Below are positions 53,197 through 64,000 of a DNA stretch of 64,000 bases, piece after piece. The position numbers were made by a program, and so were the translations under genes. The stretch comes from Antedon mediterranea. Its lineage: Eukaryota; Animalia; Echinodermata. Where the stretch lies: assembly GCF_964355755.1 (NCBI RefSeq), contig NC_092674.1, forward strand, positions 13,640,001 to 13,704,000. The letters are read 5' to 3'. Each line of letters opens with the position of its first letter. Position 1 is the first letter of the stretch. A model generated the notes under the pieces. The model was not told the origin of the DNA. It saw only the letters and a program-made list of their open reading frames with translations, and did no database searches.

Positions 53197-54145
53197 GTTA
53201 AGAATATATAACATAGATAACAATGTTCTTGTATTTTTTATAACTTTATGTTTATGAATATTGTTACTAGCAAGAATACATTGTGGTTTATATAAGTTTA
53301 AGATAGAAAAACCAGCACTACATAGTTGTTGTATAATTTGCAGCTGTATATAGCAAGAATCAATCACAACTGGATATTAGTTTTAATGTACAAGATTAAC
53401 TTATTAAAAACAAACGACATTTCTTGAGTTTAAACTAAATAGACAGGCATGATTAATTCTTACCAACGTTTTAAAGTAGAACTAAAGAGCAGAATTCTTT
53501 TTAATCATTATTGGCAGTTTATTGATATCTTACAATGGGCCTACATTTAATATATCGCAATTAAGGTGATTAACCCTTTATTTCTCTAGCTAGTTAACTT
53601 GGAACACCATATTTCACACATTGTTAAAGTGTGTCTGTATTTATCGCGGTGGTGTAATTGCTAATTCGTATTTCCTATTTATTTAGCAAAAGCATTAATA
53701 TCTTAAACGACATTTTCTGTAGGTATAGTTAATACCAAGAATAAGTGCTGATACTGCTAATATTCATTTGTCCATATGAAAAACATTAAAACATAAACAA
53801 AATACATTATAAAACTGGCGAATAATAGCAATAACAATAATACAAGATACTTAATTTAAAACATATACAAAATGAAATCACTCTAAAATAAATTGCATTG
53901 CCTGCCTTGTACATCCTACATAAACAAAATTATATGCAATTTAGAGTAGTAGAACTTGATTAGTTCATAAAAAGCTTTTTTTATGAATAGCCTAAAACAT
54001 ACACTATATTCGAAATAGACTAAATTCAAGACTCAAGGGGCGTTTATTGCAAGGAACGTTTTATGGGGAGAGGGGGTGGGGCGGTTTTGCTTATTCAATT
54101 GGCGTTTATTTAAATAACCGTAATTGGTTCTATAGGCCTGGTGTA

Positions 54146-54699
54146 TATATATATATATATAGAGAGAGAAGATTCATCAAAAGAAGAAACATATGTCGGA
54201 CTAACTGAAAACCAGTTTAAAACCAGATACAGAAACCATACGTCTTCATTCCGGAACGAAAAACTAAGAAATGCAACGGAACTCAGTAAATATATATGGA
54301 CTCTAAAACAAATTACTCAATTAAATGGAAAATTATAAAGAAATGCAAACCTTACTCAAATATTAACAAAAGATGTAATTTATGTATATATGAAAAGTAT
54401 GTTATTATATGTCAACCAGAGCTATGCTCACTGAACCGTAAGAACGAGTTAGTCTCTACTTGTAGACATAGGAAAAAATTCTTACTAAATTGCAGATCCA
54501 AACAGTTTATCTAAAACAATAGGCTATTGTATACGACTTCCTGATGACTCACTTCTATTAAGCACTATGAGACAACTGTGTCACTTATGTTTTATATTTC
54601 ACCTGAAGAGTGCGGCCAGCTACATGCTGGTCGTACGAAACAAATTTGTAGTGATTAAAACAATGAAGTAACCAAGTTTTCTGCTGTTATTTTATTTTT
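54146..54699 (+). mobile_element. 5'-truncated Penelope-like element (Neptune-type): GIY-YIG C-terminus plus pLTR
   Basis: [26 protein letters not shown], then after a frameshift [33 protein letters not shown]. Absent at the paralogous site near 38000. Confidence 0.9.
54599..54654 (+). ncRNA. Minimal type I hammerhead ribozyme
   Basis: UCAC-CUGAAGA-[GUGCGGCCAGC uacau GCUGGUCGUAC]-GAAA-CAAAUUUG-UA-GUGA: complete core, 11-bp stem II, palindromic stem III and GUA cleavage triplet. Confidence 0.9.
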
Positions 54700-54851
54700 A
54701 TATCTTCCTAGAAATGTATGGATTTACGATTGTAAACGCACCAGCAGGTCTATAAATAAATAAATAATAATATGCATTTATAATACCTTATTATTTATTT
54801 CAAATAAAACACAAATGTATATTGACATCCGTGACATACTGTAACTCTATA

Positions 54852-55377
54852 CAGAGTGTGACAAAGTGCGAGGCAAGCGAGGTATGCGAGGCACGCCAAA
54901 TATTTGTGCGAGGCATCATTTATCTTTTCCAAAAGTGCGAGGCGCAGGCATGCGATGCATATAGTTTACAATTTCAAAAAAGTGCGAGGCATATCTTAAC
55001 GTGCTATATGCTATATTATAGGCCTAATAATCAATTATTTATATTTTTATAATAGGCCTAGCGTATCGAAATAGATTCGTGTATACACTCATCATGTTGT
55101 TTATTTTTATGTAACGATTGTTTTTTTCATTCAAGTCATATCGTGTCAAATTTTACTTTTATAAAAGTGCCCAAACTGTTCAAAAGCTGGGATCCGTATG
55201 CGCCATATTTTAAAAATCTGAACGACAGTCTTCAACTGTCGATAAACAATATTTGTTAGAGCGACACACATCAAATTACTGCCATGTTGTTTGGTATTTC
55301 GAGCGTGTTCACTTTACAATTATTTTAATATGTATCTCGAACATAGCATAGTGAAAATAATATTTTGGCACACCCTT
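54852..55377. mobile_element. Probable hAT-like MITE
   Basis: cagagtgtgacaaa ... tttggcacaccct imperfect TIR, with multiple GCGAGGC subterminal repeats. Confidence 0.45.
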
Positions 55378-55793
55378 GCGCCTCGATCCGTTAGACCCGA
55401 GAGATAGAAAATCGCTCTTTACTATTTAGCAGGTAGCGGAATGATTCTGCCTTTAGAGGATTCGGCCTCCTATAGCACGTTGTTTCAGCAGCAACGCACA
55501 TACTTCTGTCTGAGCGGCGTGCCAAAGACATTTTTGACATTCCATTCTCTAGGAAATCAACATCAACAATCTCTCGCAAATAAGGTGAACAGCGATTGCC
55601 CAGGACAAGTTCAATAACTGGCGGTGAATAAAAGGTAACTGATATGCCGATCAAAATAACATGCCGCAAAAAAAAAAAATTGCGAGAGAATTCTAAAGCG
55701 CGTGTGAAAAAAGACTTACGTCCGACAATTGTAATACTAGGCCTAAAATTAAACTTTAGCTAATATGCTTAGCCCTAACCTAGAGGCCTATGG

Positions 55794-56070
55794 AATAATA
55801 ATACCACATTTATATAGCGCCCTTTTCATGAGTAATCATGCTCAAAAGCGCTTTACAAACACGTATGGGAACATACTCCCATAATGCAGCCGGTAACCAG
55901 CGCAAAGTTGTGTGTAGATCTAACTGGGTACCCATTTATACACCTGGGTGGAGAGAGGCAACGTAAGTAAAGTATCTTGCCTACGGATACAAGCAATGCG
56001 GCGAGAGTTGGATTCGAACCTAGGTCTGACGATCGGTAGTCCAACGTCCAACACACTGCGCCACACGCCC
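55794..56070 (-). mobile_element. tRNA-derived SINE with a CORE-like domain and L2-type tail
   Basis: gggcgtgtggcgcagtg (A box), ggttcgaatcc (B box), ggcaagatactttac..tgcctctctccacccaggtgtataaatgggtac, and tail aagcgctt..gcgctatataaat..(tat)n. Confidence 0.85.
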
Positions 56071-56379
56071 TTGTAGAAAATGATTTAATCAATTTTGATA
56101 TAATAATAATTGGTGTAATATTAATAATGATACACTATTCCTGTTTTAGTAGGTATATTACGAATGAATTTTATTTATTGTTGTCCATGTACGTACTGAT
56201 AAACCTGGCGCTAGTTTCCTTCGCTTTTATTTTGACTCCAAATTTGAAAACTAACTTTATCGTTTGTATAACTCATACGGAATTTAATGAAGAAGAATCA
56301 CATAAAAAGTAACAAATAAATCCTTAAATTAATGATTTTACAGGCGTGTTTCTCACACACTGTTCGCTAATTTCACTTA

Positions 56380-59300
56380 AGCCCCTTTCTCACAGATGGG
56401 CCTGCAATATACCGGTATGATGCTGGCGTCGTACCGTCCATTCTCATCGGACTATCGTGCCGGAAATATAACCGGTATATAACGGCTTTCTGTGAGAAAG
56501 TTGTCGGGCATATTCGGCCAATAAAAAGTCTCTGACAAAATAATTATTGAGGGCGTCCTTTATTGTTATTATTTTTGTCTAGCGATATATGGCGGTGAAT
56601 TTTAAGTTACAGATTATTATCTTCCTTTATAGCATATTTATGCAATACATGCTATGTACAGTATATTGTGAATATATTATACAGGTACAGCAATTACGAG
56701 CCATTGTCTGTAAGAATCAAAGAAATATCAAAAATAGTGGCAGACTAAAAAAAATGGATTTCTTTAAAATTTTGCACATGGCTATATATGTGTTGAGAGA
56801 AATCAAATATGAAGTATTTTTTATTTCACACATATGTTTCCATGGCAACGGCCAAATTTGTGTTTTTGACAAATTTTCTCCTTTTTTAAGGTTTTTTAAA
56901 ATGGATATTGGTACTACTTTGATGAACGATATTTTTGTTTTGTTCATTTAATTATAAAAAATAATTAGTGTATGCATAATAACAATGCATTGTGTACCTG
57001 TTTCATATTTTTTATTTATTTTTGATTTCATACTTTGGGAGATACCATTTATTTAAAAAGGGGTATTTGTCACTTTTTTTAAATTGTTAAATGCAACGAA
57101 ACTTTACTTCACCATAACGCCCAAAGTGGTGTATTTTTTTTAGCTGATTTATTACAAATAGGTAGTTCTAATGTTTAATAAGTGATTTCTAAAATAAAAT
57201 ACTGGGGTAATTTAAAAATCTACAAACAGTGTTCCCAGAAATATAGGCATTTTTATAAAAAAAAAAACATGGTATATTAGTAAAAACATTTTATTTTCTT
57301 TGAATATCTGATATGAAACTAAACTAAATAATCAGATCGTTGTGAATTTTAATCTTTGCAACAGATTATTTTTCTCTTATTTTGAAGCTCCTCTTTAATT
57401 TTTTTACTTATTTTATTTGCTAACCTAAGCAGTTCCCACATGCCCATCCACCACTACTTCCGACTACCCCCCCCCCCCCACCGCCCTCACCTACCCTGAC
57501 ATAACCACAAAAAGATAAACTGCAACAGAGTTGAGAAAACTACACAGATTTTGACCGACCATTTTTCATTATGATAAAAGCTTAAAATTTTTGCTAAATG
57601 CTAAAAAATACTAAACTACCTGAGTATAAATAATAATACAATTAGCTGGAAAATTGAGAGGCTCGTTTCGTTAAGAATATCGTGCATAGCCATAATACGT
57701 GATTTTGACCCTTTATCGGCAGACCGCGTTTCCAGGTCCCGAGGGTGGCCAATTACTGTATTTTAAAAAACAATTATCCTTAGTTACGCATAGAAACAGA
57801 TTCTAAGATAACATAAATAATACATTTTGACATAATTTGACCCAACAAATGACCCTTTCACAAGATCAGACATTTTCAAAGTAAATTTGGGAAAAGAGTA
57901 GTAAAGCTATGTAATCAATTTTTTGTAGTAATGAAACCCCATATTAAAAATATTGTACTTTGTTACGTATAGAAACAGTTACTACAATACACTATAGGTA
58001 AAATGTTGATTTGTCATTTGACCTCAACATGTAAAATGTATTTTTTTTTCATAAAAACTCCATATTTTATTTAAAAAAAATTATCCTTAGTTATGTAAAC
58101 AGGTTTAAGATAACACTAAAGGTCAATTTTTTACCTTTGTTCAGATTTGTCAAGACTTTCTTTCTGAGATTATTAAGATTCAGTATTTAAAGTAAATTTG
58201 GCAAAAAGTAGAAATGTAAAACTATGTAGAAAAAATGTTTTGTATTTATGAAAAGACCCATATTTTAAAAATATTTTCGCATAGAAACAGTTACTATGGT
58301 AAAATGTTGACCTCATTTGACCTCAAAAAGAATGAATTTACAAGGTCAAGTTTGTCATCACTTTAAGATTATTCGAATGCAGTAGAAGTAAAATTGAGAA
58401 AAATTGCAAATGCAATCAATTCTTTGTATTCATAAAATCGCCATTTTTTTTCGTTTTTTTTTAACTTAGTTACACATAGAACTGGTTTTTAAGGTAACAC
58501 TATGGTAAAAAATGAAATTTGTTGAGAATTATTATGAACTATCTTGTAAATTTTGATCAAACATTAATAGTTGTAGTAAAGTGGGGACCTTTCCTGTTTT
58601 GCATTCTGACCCCTTTTGACCTCAAATGACCTATTTACAAGGTCAGATTTTGTGGGAAGTATTTCTGTATCTCTTTACATAAAATAGATGTAAACAGTTA
58701 TAAAAAAACTTGACGCAATTATTTCAAAGTTTAACATTATTTTTCATCAACTAAATATTTCAATGCAAAATACTGTTTTTCTGGCAATTAATTGAAATAA
58801 ACCTGGCAACACATTCTCCTAATTTATCTAAACTATTCGTATGACTCTAGTAGCATTATGACAAGCCACATATACATGTTATTATTGGATTAGCCATATT
58901 TAAATTGTGTTTCATGTGTTTTGTTTGTTGATATTTTGTTTGTATTTTTTTGTATTTTCCTTATTTTCCTGGCAACAAAAAACCTAGGTACGTACTTTAC
59001 CCCAGTGTTTTTTCGTGATTATTGTTGAAAAACCTATTGACTACTAACAAATTACAAAACCTTATTGATATAAAAACACCACTTTGGAAGTTATATGTAC
59101 GTTTATGAGCTATACTTTTATAAAAAAAATATTTTTAAAAAACACCCCTTTTTAAAATAATGGTATCAGCCAAACTCCATTTTGTAATTTTTTTTTCTAC
59201 ATTAAATGGAACTCAATACATGTTGTTTACACTGCTATAAACAAAATCTGTACTGTAAGTATTTTTGGTTAATATAAGTATACAAGTTTGTACTTTTTCA

Positions 59301-60641
59301 CTATAGAAAATCTGTGAAAAATGGCAAAAACATCAACATTTGGATAATTGACCGTTGTCATGGCAACGGAGGCTAAACATTAAAATGATTGTTGTAGATA
59401 TGCTTTTTATTGAAATGTCTATTCATGGTAAAAATTTGAGAGAAATCCATTTTTTTACATCTGCCACCAAATTTTTACAGAAAATGGCTCTTAACAACAT
59501 TTTCGCTATTGGAAAATCTTTTGGAAATATTAATTAAAAACTGATTAATTAATCAAAATTACGTTGTTTGTGGACTACACGTTTCCCGTATCTAGTCAGA
59601 CAACCGGAAATACTGATTCCTTTGTTGAAAAATGTGCAACGCGAGAAGGATTTTTTGTAGGCCCATGCAGCACGTTGTCAGAATTTACTCGCCTGAGCAA
59701 CTTGCTTGTAGTGGGCATGCTCAGACTAACGATGGTGATAGGATGGTTTGATTGGGCCTAGGCTAAAATTATACGATGGCGGTTTATTTGAATAAAATAA
59801 CTCGTATCTAACTCTCCTATTATTACTTTTGTTCAAGTAAATGTACATTTATAGGTATGTATTATAAATATTTGTTTCTTGGGGTTTTCTAAATATCATT
59901 TTATTATCGTTTTTATACGATTTTTTTAAAGAAATTTTATTTAAAAATTTTATTTTTTTTAATTCATACATTTCATAAATAAAAATAAATCATACAAATA
60001 TTCATTATACATCATTTTACAGGAAATTTAATAAGGAATATTTGTTTTTAGAAACATATTTTCATACATTTATAATAAAATGATGAAATTACGGTTTTAA
60101 AAATGTCAACTCCCTGGAGTACTATAAAAATGCTGTTCTGAAAAGAATTCGGTTGAGGGGAAATGGCTCTCTCTAGGGAATTCGGTACTAAGAGGGCTAA
60201 ATAGCCGTCATCGGCAATAAAACACCTTAGAAGGAGAAATCAGGCTGTACAATTTACAAGGCGACGAAGGGTCAGGCACCAACAAAGAGCTATGGCCTAG
60301 ATTATGCTACAAATTTCTTCTTGTCCCCTTATTTTAAACAGCTCTCTTATCTCATTATTCCTCTAGTTCGACATTATTATTGTTAATTGAATTGAATCGG
60401 CGCCAAAGTGATACACTTGACCGCGCAAGGTGTCAAAGCCTCGAAGGGGAATTAAATATAACGGCGTTACGTTCTCACAGAATGCCCGTCTGGCATTGCG
60501 GGGAATATCCCTATTAATATTACTATGCCTAAAGCAGGTCATGTCGTTGCCGGCATTATGCCAAGACGACCCGTTCTCACAGAAAACCATACCGGCTTGG
60601 TAATGATATATTCCCGCAATATTCCTGTCACACAGCTATGT
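56380..60641 (+). mobile_element. Harbinger-like MITE family H, copy I, split by insertions at 56698-60200
   Basis: Starts agcccctttctcacag. Segments 56380-56696 and 60204-60641 together match intact copy II. Confidence 0.8.
56698..59490. mobile_element. Sola3-like non-autonomous DNA transposon
   Basis: GAGCCATT.TCTGTAA ... TTACAGAAAATGGCTC termini, imperfect TIRs of several hundred bp, and TTAC/TTAA flanks at a site that reads TTAA in intact copy II. Confidence 0.75.
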
Positions 60642-60656
60642 AGCCCCTTTCTCTAA

Positions 60657-61483
60657 AGCCCCTTTCTCACAGATGTGCCTGCAATATACCAGTACAGTGC
60701 TGGTGTCGTGCCGGTATCGTTACCGGCATATACCCATTCTCATCGGACTATCGTGCCGGAAATATAACCGGTATATACCGGCTTTCTGTGAGAAAGGAGT
60801 CGGGCATATTCGGCCAATAAAAAGTCTCTGACAAAATAATTATTGAGGGCGTCCTTTATTGTTATTATTTTTGTCTAGCGATGATATGGCGGCGAATGTT
60901 AAGTTACAGATTATTATCTTCCTTTATAGCATATTTATGCAATACATGCTATGTACAGTATATTGTGCATATATTATACAGGTATAGCAATTAATTTGCC
61001 GTCATCGGCAATCTGTAAAACACCTTAGAAGGCTGTAGGCCTACAATTTACAAGGCGACGAAAGGTCAGGCACCAACAAACAAAGAGCTAATGGCCTAGC
61101 CTAGCGGCCTATATAGATTATGCTACAAATTTCTTCTTGTCCCCTTATTTTTAAGCAGCTCTCTTATCTCATTATCCCTCCAGTTCCACATTATTATTGT
61201 TAATTGAATTGAATAGGCGCCAAAGTGATACACTTGACTGCGCAAGGTGTCAAAGCCTCGACGGGGAACCCCGGAATATAACGGCAATACGTTCTCACAG
61301 AATGCCCGTCTGGCATTGCGGGGAATATCCCTAGAATATTACTAGGTCTAAAGCAGGTCATGTCGATGCCGGCATGGTGCCGGCATGATGCCAAGACGAC
61401 CCGTTCTCACAGAAAACCATACCGGCATGGTAATGGTATATTCCCGCAATATTCCTGGCACACAACTCTGTGAGAAAGGGGCT
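60657..61483 (+). mobile_element. Harbinger-like MITE family H, copy II, complete
   Basis: agcccctttctcacag ... ctgtgagaaaggggct perfect 16-bp TIR. Confidence 0.88.
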
Positions 61484-61535
61484 GTAGAGCTGTGTGCCAG
61501 GAATATTGCGGGAATATACCATTACCATGCCGGCA

Positions 61536-63076
61536 CAGCGGTGGCTCCAGGATCTTCCCGACGCGGGGGCTACATTCCCCGACGAGGGGGCTATGCGAGC
61601 ATCACTAGGCTGGGGGACAGGGGGACGAAGCCCCCAGGAAACAACGCGTTCTAGCGTCATTTGAGGCCATTTTAATTAGATTTAGGGTAGCCATTCTTTC
61701 CGTTTTTTATAATGCATAAATAAAATACTGCGGGCAAAAAAACGATGCGCGATAATTCAATCCATGTTTTTTAATTTAAAAAAATAAAAGCTCAAAATAT
61801 GCCTAGGCCTATATTTATCGGGTAAATTGTAGCATAGAAAAATTAATTTACGCAAACGTAAAACGTACGGTACCCACAGGTGAAGAGGTAGGCCTATATT
61901 GTTTATCGCAGAGGCGTAGGCTGGTTGCTGCTGTCTGGGCGTACAAAAATTGTAATGCGTGCCTTGGGCTGATCTGTAAGAACATTTTGAAAAATAAAGC
62001 TGTTAGGTCCCCAGAAGTTGAAATTATACATATTAATGATACTATGAAACGAAATTACAAGTCTACAGAACCAGACAACCGTAGTTGGGATGGAGCTAAG
62101 ACAATTTAGAAAAATAGAGTTGGAGGTCCCGGAAATTGGACTTTTTATACTTCAAACCATGAAACAAAATATATAAGTTCTTATCATGGTTGTGACTGAG
62201 CTAAGACATTTTTGAAAAATAGAGCTGTTAGGTCTCGGAAAATGCACTTATTGTACTTCGAAATATGACCAGCTTTATGGTTGGCGCTGAGCTAAGAAAA
62301 TGTTTAAAAAAACAGAGCTGCAGGTCTTCAAAAATTGCATCTTATACTTTGGAAACATTAGGCCTAGAGGCTTTAAAAAAGTGGTCCGTTTTGCCTTTAT
62401 TTGGGGGAGGGGGTGCGTCCGCAAGCGTAGACCCTTTTCAGTCGGGGAAATCACTTGATACCCCCCAAGTGTATGCGTGGGTACCATCTGGACTTCCGAG
62501 TGGTGAGAAGTTCATGACATACAGGACATTGAAAATTTAATAACTAATAAGATGTTTGCTAAGCAAAAATGGCATGTTTTTTTGTTTAGTAATGTATGAA
62601 ATATTTATTTTAGGTGCCCCACTGTACAGAGGGTTACTTGTAAATTAAAAAATTGGTGAACATACGAACAATTTACATAATTCGTTTTTGCTATAGTGTA
62701 GCGTAAGTCGACACGTAGTACACGACGTAACCGTCAGTAAACTTCGCCTGGAAAGAAGTAACTACAGTACACTTTTTGGTCCCTGGATGGAACACGATAT
62801 CACGCGTCTGGACCCAACGTTGAACGATTCGTACAAAGGGATACCGCCAGACAAGTGAGTACCAAGCTACTGTTTAGATAGATCGCTGGCAATAATGAAT
62901 GCATATAAAGTGCATAATAGCCCTCTGACGTACTCACGGTCAATGGAACGTCGCGGTTTTCTAGGCGCTGAAGTTACGAAGTGAACGCGAACGATATTTA
63001 CTGTATATTATATTCCCCGACAAAAAGTACACGTGTTCGCCGACGGTGGGGCTAGGCTCCCCGACGAGGGGGCTAG
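61536..63076 (+). mobile_element. hAT-like non-autonomous element replacing the middle of copy III
   Basis: Starts cagcggtggctccagg, has ccccgacgagggggcta motifs near both ends and degenerate internal repeats of about 110 bp (61965-62350). The right TIR is not seen. Confidence 0.5.
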
Positions 63077-63220
63077 AATATGCCCGACTCCTTTCTCACA
63101 GAAAGCCGGTATATACCGGTTATATTTCCGGCACGATAGTCCGATGAGAATGGGTATATGCCGGTAACGATACCGGCACGACGCCAGCATAATACCGGTA
63201 TATTTCAGGCACATCTGTTA

Positions 63221-64000
63221 AGCGCCATTTACACTAGATACGATAACGACACGATAACGACACGAATGTCGTTGTCGTGTCGTCGTCGTAACAGGTCCGC
63301 GTTTACATTTGAACGATTTGGTAACGATTGTCGTGGAGGTGATGACGTTGACCGTGATACGCTTACTACGTTACTATGCAATGTTACAAATTGATAATTT
63401 GTAATTTATACAATAATGTTGCCAATTTTTTTTTTAAGATGGAGACTTAAACTTAAAATATTAGAATTTATGTGCTCACATATTTATAAATTAGTTTTTG
63501 ATTTTCGCAAATGTTAAGTTGCCAATTTATTTTGAATTTTAATTAAAAATACTTGAGGTCACATAATCAATTAATTAATCAATCAATAATGGCGGATAGT
63601 GATTCCAGTGACGATGAGATGCTTCTCCTATATGTTGCTTATCAACAACATAAGAAAAGAAAAAGAGAATGGGTACACGACATTTACAAACATAGAAAAA
63701 CGCACGGTTCATATCAAACTTTAATTTGTAATGAATTGGCGATATTTGGCGACAAGTTTTACGAATATTTCCGAATGACACAAGTCCAATTCGCCGAGCT
63801 ATTAGCTTACATTGATTCGGACATCGGCAAAGAAAACACTCGTTTTCGTGAAAGCATATGTGCGAAAGAAAGACTTAGTATCTGTCTAAGGTAAGGAACG
63901 TATTCTAATCTCTAATAACTTTACTAATATATAAGATTAACGTAGTTATATAGTTGTAGGCTTACAGTATTATATGCCCAATGTATGGGTAGTAGTAGGC
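63221..64000 (+). mobile_element. PIF/Harbinger transposon left end, running off the window
   Basis: TTA|agcgccatttacact terminus, acgataacgac subterminal repeats and a transposase exon. Confidence 0.75.
63589..63890 (+). CDS. Harbinger (HARBI1/ALP1-like DDE) transposase, exon 1
   Basis: WVHDI..R..GSY..L..EL..FYEYFRM..F.ELL..I...I.KENT.FRESI.AKERLSICLR, followed by an AG|GTAAG splice donor. Confidence 0.85.

Larger units (their letters stand above)
51287..54840 (+). repeat. Local segmental duplication, copy 2
   Basis: Collinear with 36199-38130, plus an extra segment at about 51505-52175 and two insertions. Confidence 0.9.
60642..63218 (-). mobile_element. Harbinger-like MITE family H, copy III, inverted and interrupted
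   Basis: TIR stub 60642-60653, continuation 61486-61535 and other end 63077-63218 are reverse complements of the copy II ends. Confidence 0.7.

Noticed and set aside
54541-54560. Second hammerhead core CTGATGA
   Set aside because: No stem II and GAAA partner follow.
55995-56070. tRNA gene
   Set aside because: It has A and B boxes but no proper acceptor stem, and runs into a SINE core and tail.

Overview
AT-rich eukaryotic (animal) genomic DNA made almost entirely of interspersed repeats. No intact host protein-coding gene was recognised. Retroelements: a full-length but disabled Gmr1-type Ty3/Gypsy LTR element with PR-INT-RT-RH order (20673-25779); a full-length CR1-group LINE (about 40255-45186, minus) inserted into a 52-bp minisatellite; three Penelope-like fragments, one with a complete minimal hammerhead ribozyme (54599-54654); a 5S-rRNA-derived SINE and a tRNA/CORE-type SINE. 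DNA transposons: a decayed Academ element (10721-14384), a Sola3-like element, many MITEs (Harbinger, Mutator-like, Kolobok-like, P-like), Helentron/HINE-type elements and the start of a Harbinger transposase gene at the right edge. The region also holds three minisatellites, a roughly 2 kb local duplication whose copies carry different insertions, and several nested transposon stacks, including MITEs inserted into their own family. The repeat spectrum suggests a marine invertebrate, possibly an echinoderm (weak inference). All calls come from manual reading and no database search was run. I found no convincing wholly new system; the most unusual signals are self-targeted MITE nesting, a hammerhead-like motif with an altered core and HINE 3'-end swapping.
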